DNA of 62,802 nt. It comes from a virus (lineage: Duplodnaviria; Caudoviricetes). Made by a program: the position numbers and the translations under genes. This document shows positions 58,584 through 62,802 of this stretch, one piece after another (the stretch's first letter is position 1; the number at the start of each line of letters is the position of its first letter). Where the stretch lies: the IMG/VR virus record IMGVR_UViG_3300027833_000047, positions 1 to 62,802 of that record. One strand, given 5' to 3'. A model generated the notes under the pieces. It did not search any database. It had not been told where the DNA came from and saw only the letters and a list, made by a program, of their open reading frames with translations.

Positions 58584-61383
58584 TATTCATATTTTTATTA
58601 ACATAATTCATATCCACTAATTTAGTGGTACCCTCTAAATACATATAATAAGGGTTTATATTAACGTCATCCCAAAATCTAATTTCAGGGTCAGACAGTG
58701 TTAGTACCTCATCTAAATTATCTTGACTACCTTCTTTCATAGGATACCCCCTTACTAATTTTGTCTGTGATTTAGTAAAAAATGGTCTATCGTCTGGATT
58801 ATCCACTAATATCTCGCTACGAATTTCAGGAGAAAACACTACAAGTAATGGTTCAATACGTTTATTGAACGCCGCCATATAACGAGCAATATTGTACTCA
58901 CCTAATTTATCAGGGGTATCACTAATATATTTATCATCAATTAAATAACAATTTAATACGATTTCTGTAGAGTCGGGAGGCATAGGTTTACCATTATTAA
59001 TCGCGTACTCTCTTTTTTCCGCTGCAGTTGCGTTCCACTTATTCTTTTTCTGTACATCACCATGAGACTTTCTTTCCCCATTATTAACATAATAAATAGT
59101 ATCACCTAAACCAACATTTAACTCATGTTTTATCGCTAATTCCATATGTGCTTGTCGTGACATTAAAGAACCTGATTTGGTTCTTTTTTTCATATGTAAT
59201 TTATAATCTTTTATACTTTGTTTAACACGAGATTTATTTGCAATTTTAGAGATAGGTATTTCTAAATTGTAAATTTTATTTACATACTCATAATAGAAAT
59301 CCAAGAACTCGTGACCTTTACCGTCTAATAATAAACGAAGTCCGTGGTCCAAAAACTCAGCAACGTATGTTTGTAATTTTTTAGATTTAATACTGTTACC
59401 CGTTAATTTAACTTTACCTGTATCGGTAAGTAATGCGTAATTTTTACGAGCCACGTTAATTGTTGATGGCCACACACCATCGGTATCTAACCCCATTTCT
59501 CCCCTCATAAAGATATCATTATACTCGGCAACATCTGCCTCAGTACCTATGTACTCCTTACCTTCTTTAACTAAACCATTTAGTCCCTTACCAATATAAG
59601 TGTGATTTTTACGTTCAGATGGTGATGAAAAGTTTACACCATCCGTATCCATCACTAATGGTTTGTACCCCCTTTTCATAAACCACATTATCATTTGTCT
59701 AAGATATTGTCTACCCGTACAGGTAATTTGTTCCCCCATATCCATATCACCCCACGGAAATACGTGTGGAGCGGATAATGACCCGAAAAATGCATTAATA
59801 AATATTTTAATTGGTAGTTGTTTACGGTTATACTTTTTAGACTGTTCAGGGTCTGAAACGTATAAGTCTGACGCCAATTGTTTATAATTGATACGTGTGT
59901 CTCTGAAATACTTTAACATACTCTTCATTGCTCCCGTTACATCACATTTAGGGAAGATGTCGTGAACTAACTGTATCGATGGGTATAGTGAGGAGTAATC
60001 GAGTTTTAAAACGTCTGTAGAGTACCCTACTGCCATCAATCTTGACAATCCACCTGTAAATGGTCGTTTCTCACCTTTCTTAGGAATCGCTAAGTTATGT
60101 TTATATGACCAAGCTGCCATAATCATTTTCCATAATGTTGCAGTACCCATTGTTGATAACCTTTCGTATGTGGTGGGTACTAATTTAGAAAGAAGGAAGT
60201 TTGCTTGATTAAACTCCTCGTCCACAACCATAGTCTCCCAAATATCATCATAAAGATACCTTTCAATAATGTAATTCCCATTTACCTTTTCATAGTGACC
60301 TGGAAATCTTTCCATTAGGTTTTCAGTACCTGTTGAACCAACTTCTTTATAACCACCTGTCTTTGGGTTGAAATAATAGTCTTTATTATCGAAATAAATT
60401 TTACCAATCTTATCTCCTTCAACATAAACACGGTTTTCTTTTTCGGCCCCAATAAATTGAGTTATGTATTTAAGACCCCAACTTTTAATGTCTGAGTTAA
60501 TTGCTTGTGTTCTTCTAACTGCATGTGCGATATCAATGATATTGTAACCCCACATCATTGTTTGAGTGTATGGTTCCATTTCATTCGCTAACTTCAACAT
60601 ACCCTCCTTCTGTCTTAACTTTTGTTTAGGGTTTAACGTTTTAGATATTTTTTTAATGTCTAATCCTAATATCTCCGCCCTACGAAGAATAAAAGGAAAA
60701 TCGAAAAAGGCTGAGTTATAACCACCAATTAATGTTGGTTTTATACTTGCGATTGTATCAAAAAATTCAATAATAACTTTACGTTCCTCTTCATCGTTTT
60801 CACAGGCAATAACCTTTTCGAAACCTTTATTATCTTTCATCCCTATAAGGAATATTTTACTATCCTCAGGAGATAATCCTGTAGTCTCAATATCAAATAC
60901 GAAACGATGTACCTCATCGTACTCATCGAAACCTTTGAAAAGTCTTTTATTTTTTTGTATTAGATATTGTTCGGCGGGTGCCAGAATCATTATGTAGTCT
61001 GAATTACCACGACCCCATGGGTCTAATCCACCACCTTTAAAAAAGTTTACTAAATTACTATATGACTTAGTTGTTTTAACTAAATATTTTAAACCCTGTT
61101 CCATTCGAGTGTCATTGTGAGTATCTAATGTCTCAATAATGATTCCGTGTGTGGACATAGCTTGTTTTTGAGCCGCCTTAGAACCACCATAAAAGTTGAG
61201 TCCTTGTAGGTTACCTACCCATGCAAATGGAATAAATGTGTCTGATTTTATTGATTTACCCTGTATTGGGTCTTGAATTACTTTGAATATTTTTCCTGAC
61301 GCGTAATCATATTCTAACGCTACAATATATTTTTCAGGGTCCTCTCCATTGAGGAACGTTTCAATTTGTTCTTGTGATACCAT
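58552..61383 (-). CDS. Family B DNA polymerase with a 3'-5' exonuclease domain
   Basis: Exonuclease motifs FDIETTG, GYNSAFFDFPF, YLYDD; polymerase motifs LDYSSLYPS, KIFINAFFG, MDTDG and KNYA. Confidence 0.95.
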   Translation of the reverse strand: MVSQEQIETFLNGEDPEKYIVALEYDYASGKIFKVIQDPIQGKSIKSDTFIPFAWVGNLQGLNFYGGSKAAQKQAMSTHGIIIETLDTHNDTRMEQGLKYLVKTTKSYSNLVNFFKGGGLDPWGRGNSDYIMILAPAEQYLIQKNKRLFKGFDEYDEVHRFVFDIETTGLSPEDSKIFLIGMKDNKGFEKVIACENDEEERKVIIEFFDTIASIKPTLIGGYNSAFFDFPFILRRAEILGLDIKKISKTLNPKQKLRQKEGMLKLANEMEPYTQTMMWGYNIIDIAHAVRRTQAINSDIKSWGLKYITQFIGAEKENRVYVEGDKIGKIYFDNKDYYFNPKTGGYKEVGSTGTENLMERFPGHYEKVNGNYIIERYLYDDIWETMVVDEEFNQANFLLSKLVPTTYERLSTMGTATLWKMIMAAWSYKHNLAIPKKGEKRPFTGGLSRLMAVGYSTDVLKLDYSSLYPSIQLVHDIFPKCDVTGAMKSMLKYFRDTRINYKQLASDLYVSDPEQSKKYNRKQLPIKIFINAFFGSLSAPHVFPWGDMDMGEQITCTGRQYLRQMIMWFMKRGYKPLVMDTDGVNFSSPSERKNHTYIGKGLNGLVKEGKEYIGTEADVAEYNDIFMRGEMGLDTDGVWPSTINVARKNYALLTDTGKVKLTGNSIKSKKLQTYVAEFLDHGLRLLLDGKGHEFLDFYYEYVNKIYNLEIPISKIANKSRVKQSIKDYKLHMKKRTKSGSLMSRQAHMELAIKHELNVGLGDTIYYVNNGERKSHGDVQKKNKWNATAAEKREYAINNGKPMPPDSTEIVLNCYLIDDKYISDTPDKLGEYNIARYMAAFNKRIEPLLVVFSPEIRSEILVDNPDDRPFFTKSQTKLVRGYPMKEGSQDNLDEVLTLSDPEIRFWDDVNINPYYMYLEGTTKLVDMNYVNKNMNIMSSLAHQKT

Positions 61384-61455
61384 ATTATTTGTTTTTTCGT
61401 TTGAGACATTTTACTCACATCGTATTGATGTGATTACTCTTTAACACTTAAACAA

Positions 61456-61484
61456 ATTATAGGTAATGATTATAGAATTGTCAA
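61456..61484 (-). promoter_or_regulatory. Consensus sigma70-type promoter for the DNA polymerase gene
   Basis: Perfect TTGACA-N17-TATAAT about 70 nt upstream of the ATG. Confidence 0.8.
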
Positions 61485-61520
61485 ACTATTTTTTTTTCTT
61501 CTTACGTTATTGCTCATATC

Positions 61521-61874
61521 TTAAATTATGTTAATATATAAATTTTCTCTTATTGGAGCAATTAGTTCACCCATTGAATTATGTATATGAAATTCACCGA
61601 TAAATCTACCTTTAATATTAGTGTCCCTTTTACTCCATTTATAATAAATATAGTATTCATAAGGAGCATCAGGGTTAACTTGTATTTTTTCAGTGATATA
61701 AGCATTATTCATTAGTACCTTTTGTATACCATTCGCTTCATTTTTCATTGAGAATCTTATAGTTGCGGTATCTAAATCGGCGTCAAACAACTTATAGGCA
61801 TCTGTTCGTCCGTCTCTGACGACTTGCATTTTAAGGATTGGTAACTCACTTTTATGTTTTATAAAAAATTCCAT
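61521..61874 (-). CDS. BppU-N-like (baseplate upper / fibre adaptor) small protein (117 aa)
   Basis: FFIK...LP.L......DL..ATI.FSM...YKW...DT...G.F.GEF.I; TATTTATT 6 nt upstream. Confidence 0.55.
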   Translation of the reverse strand: MEFFIKHKSELPILKMQVVRDGRTDAYKLFDADLDTATIRFSMKNEANGIQKVLMNNAYITEKIQVNPDAPYEYYIYYKWSKRDTNIKGRFIGEFHIHNSMGELIAPIRENLYINII

Positions 61875-61902
61875 ACTATCAATAAATAGTTTATATATTT
61901 AA

Positions 61903-62802
61903 TTAGGCGGTCGGGGGACTATTCTTATATGGGTGGTTTGACGGTAACGCTCCTGTTCGTCCCCATTTCCAAGCCAAATAACCCTCAGCCTTTTCTAACT
62001 CAGTTAGGTCGGTACCACCCGTACCCGGTAAGGATGCGTAGGCGATATACTCACCCATTCGACCATTAAGTTCAACTGATGACCTATTTCTCATTAATCT
62101 CAATTCTTGATTTGTTGATAATGAATTATCATAATCATTTACAGGTGAGAAGGTATTTGTTTGACCATCTATTCTTATACCGATTTGGTTTCCTGTTTTA
62201 TTAAAGAAACATACAACAATATACCATTGGAATCTATTTAAACCTCCTAAACCTGTCCAATCTAATTTATCGCCAATTGTAGTACTAATTTTATTACTAC
62301 TTAAACCATCTAAATCCAATTCACCTGGCCATGTATTATTTGATGCTCCCGCACTTATAGCATAATCTCTTTTTGGTGATTGATTTGTTTCATAACTCCA
62401 AAATGAATTTTTGGTATTATTAGTTCCATCATATCTAAATAAACCAATAGCCCAATGGTTACCCGATGACACTTGTGATTCGTAGGATGTACTCTGTAAG
62501 TAATCACCGTTACCATCAAACTGAAATACATTCAATCCATTTTGAGTTGATGAGTTAGTTGTCGTAGTACCTGCAACTGTCATAGTATAAGTTCCCGCTT
62601 TATCAGTTACTGAAGATAAACTTGTTCCACTTCTTGTATAGTTCGAAGTATCTGATGCGTCAATCCAAGCGACTGGTGTTAATGTCGAATTTGGTGACCA
62701 TAGGATTGGTGATGGAGTTGGAGTTTGTGTTGGAGTATTTGTTTGAGTTACTGTGGGTGTAGGGGTATTAGTCGGAGTATTCGTTGGAGTGTTAGTAGGT
62801 GT
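61903..62802 (-). CDS. Partial (5' end outside the window) TPTN-repeat protein with a C-terminal LamG/ConA-like domain
   Basis: The frame stays open from 62802: TPTNTPTN...SPILWSPNSTLTPVAWIDASD...FDGNGDYL...GRMGEYIAY...EKAEGYLAWKWG. Confidence 0.8.
   Translation of the reverse strand, partial: TPTNTPTNTPTNTPTPTVTQTNTPTQTPTPSPILWSPNSTLTPVAWIDASDTSNYTRSGTSLSSVTDKAGTYTMTVAGTTTTNSSTQNGLNVFQFDGNGDYLQSTSYESQVSSGNHWAIGLFRYDGTNNTKNSFWSYETNQSPKRDYAISAGASNNTWPGELDLDGLSSNKISTTIGDKLDWTGLGGLNRFQWYIVVCFFNKTGNQIGIRIDGQTNTFSPVNDYDNSLSTNQELRLMRNRSSVELNGRMGEYIAYASLPGTGGTDLTELEKAEGYLAWKWGRTGALPSNHPYKNSPPTA

Larger units (their letters stand above)
1..62802. mobile_element. Fragment of a large T4-like myophage genome (tail, baseplate and replication region)
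   Basis: Sheath, tube, gp25, gp6, gp53, neck, tape measure, gp32-like SSB, UvsX, PolB and RNR co-occur. There is no host housekeeping context and no integrase. Confidence 0.93.

Noticed and set aside
4405-59887. Short ORFs nested in or antisense to long genes (e.g. 9225, 10688, 25453, 45600, 55741, 59663)
   Set aside because: They are fully overlapped by well-supported genes and have no motifs or upstream signals.
22686-61383. Inteins, introns or homing endonucleases in nrdA, nrdB, helicase, uvsX or polB
   Set aside because: The genes are uninterrupted and of normal or compact length, with no splicing or LAGLIDADG/HNH motifs seen.
1-62802. Circular, capsid-less 63-kb element joined through the TPTN gene
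   Set aside because: The ends do not overlap and a direct join is out of frame. Missing head genes are more simply explained as lying outside the window.
1-62802. Stop-codon reassignment
   Set aside because: Code 11 gives full-length genes at high density, and TAA, TAG and TGA all end genes at sensible positions.
1-62802. Eukaryotic giant virus origin (PolB, SNF2, RNR, SOD, mucin-like repeats, no SD)
   Set aside because: Contractile tail genes, gp32/UvsX, intrinsic terminators and a sigma70 promoter are phage features.

Overview
This 62.8 kb, AT-rich, densely coding window (standard code 11) is a fragment of a large T4-like contractile-tailed (myo)phage genome. It is probably a large or jumbo phage of a Bacteroidota host, inferred from SD-less A-rich translation starts, SprB-like repeats and an ATP-cone-fused class Id-type NrdB. 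Structural genes cover the neck, tail terminator, sheath, tube, chaperone, tape measure, baseplate and fibre-like proteins. A replication block (SSB, RecA/UvsX, 5'-3' exonuclease, DnaB-like helicase, nrdB, nrdA) sits inside the baseplate cluster, and there is also a family B DNA polymerase, a SNF2 helicase, a HAD enzyme and a SOD fusion. No capsid, portal, terminase, tRNA or CRISPR is visible. Both window ends fall inside minus-strand genes with Thr-Pro-Thr-Asn repeats, and the 'VGVL' ORFs in the track are antisense shadows of one of them. The main oddities are: (1) a TATTTAT motif, the reverse complement of the T4 late promoter, ahead of most structural or late genes; (2) a set of proteins with Lys-rich [IL]xE leaders, including a SOD-nuclease-like fusion, suggesting capsid-packaged, protease-processed cargo; (3) strong [ST]Gx[ST] enrichment plus mucin-like stalks in virion proteins, suggesting glycosylation; (4) a candidate +1/-2 frameshift in the tail chaperone; (5) OmpA-like, GH73-like, SprB-like and transmembrane modules grafted onto baseplate proteins. 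All annotations come from motif recognition by eye, and no searches were run.
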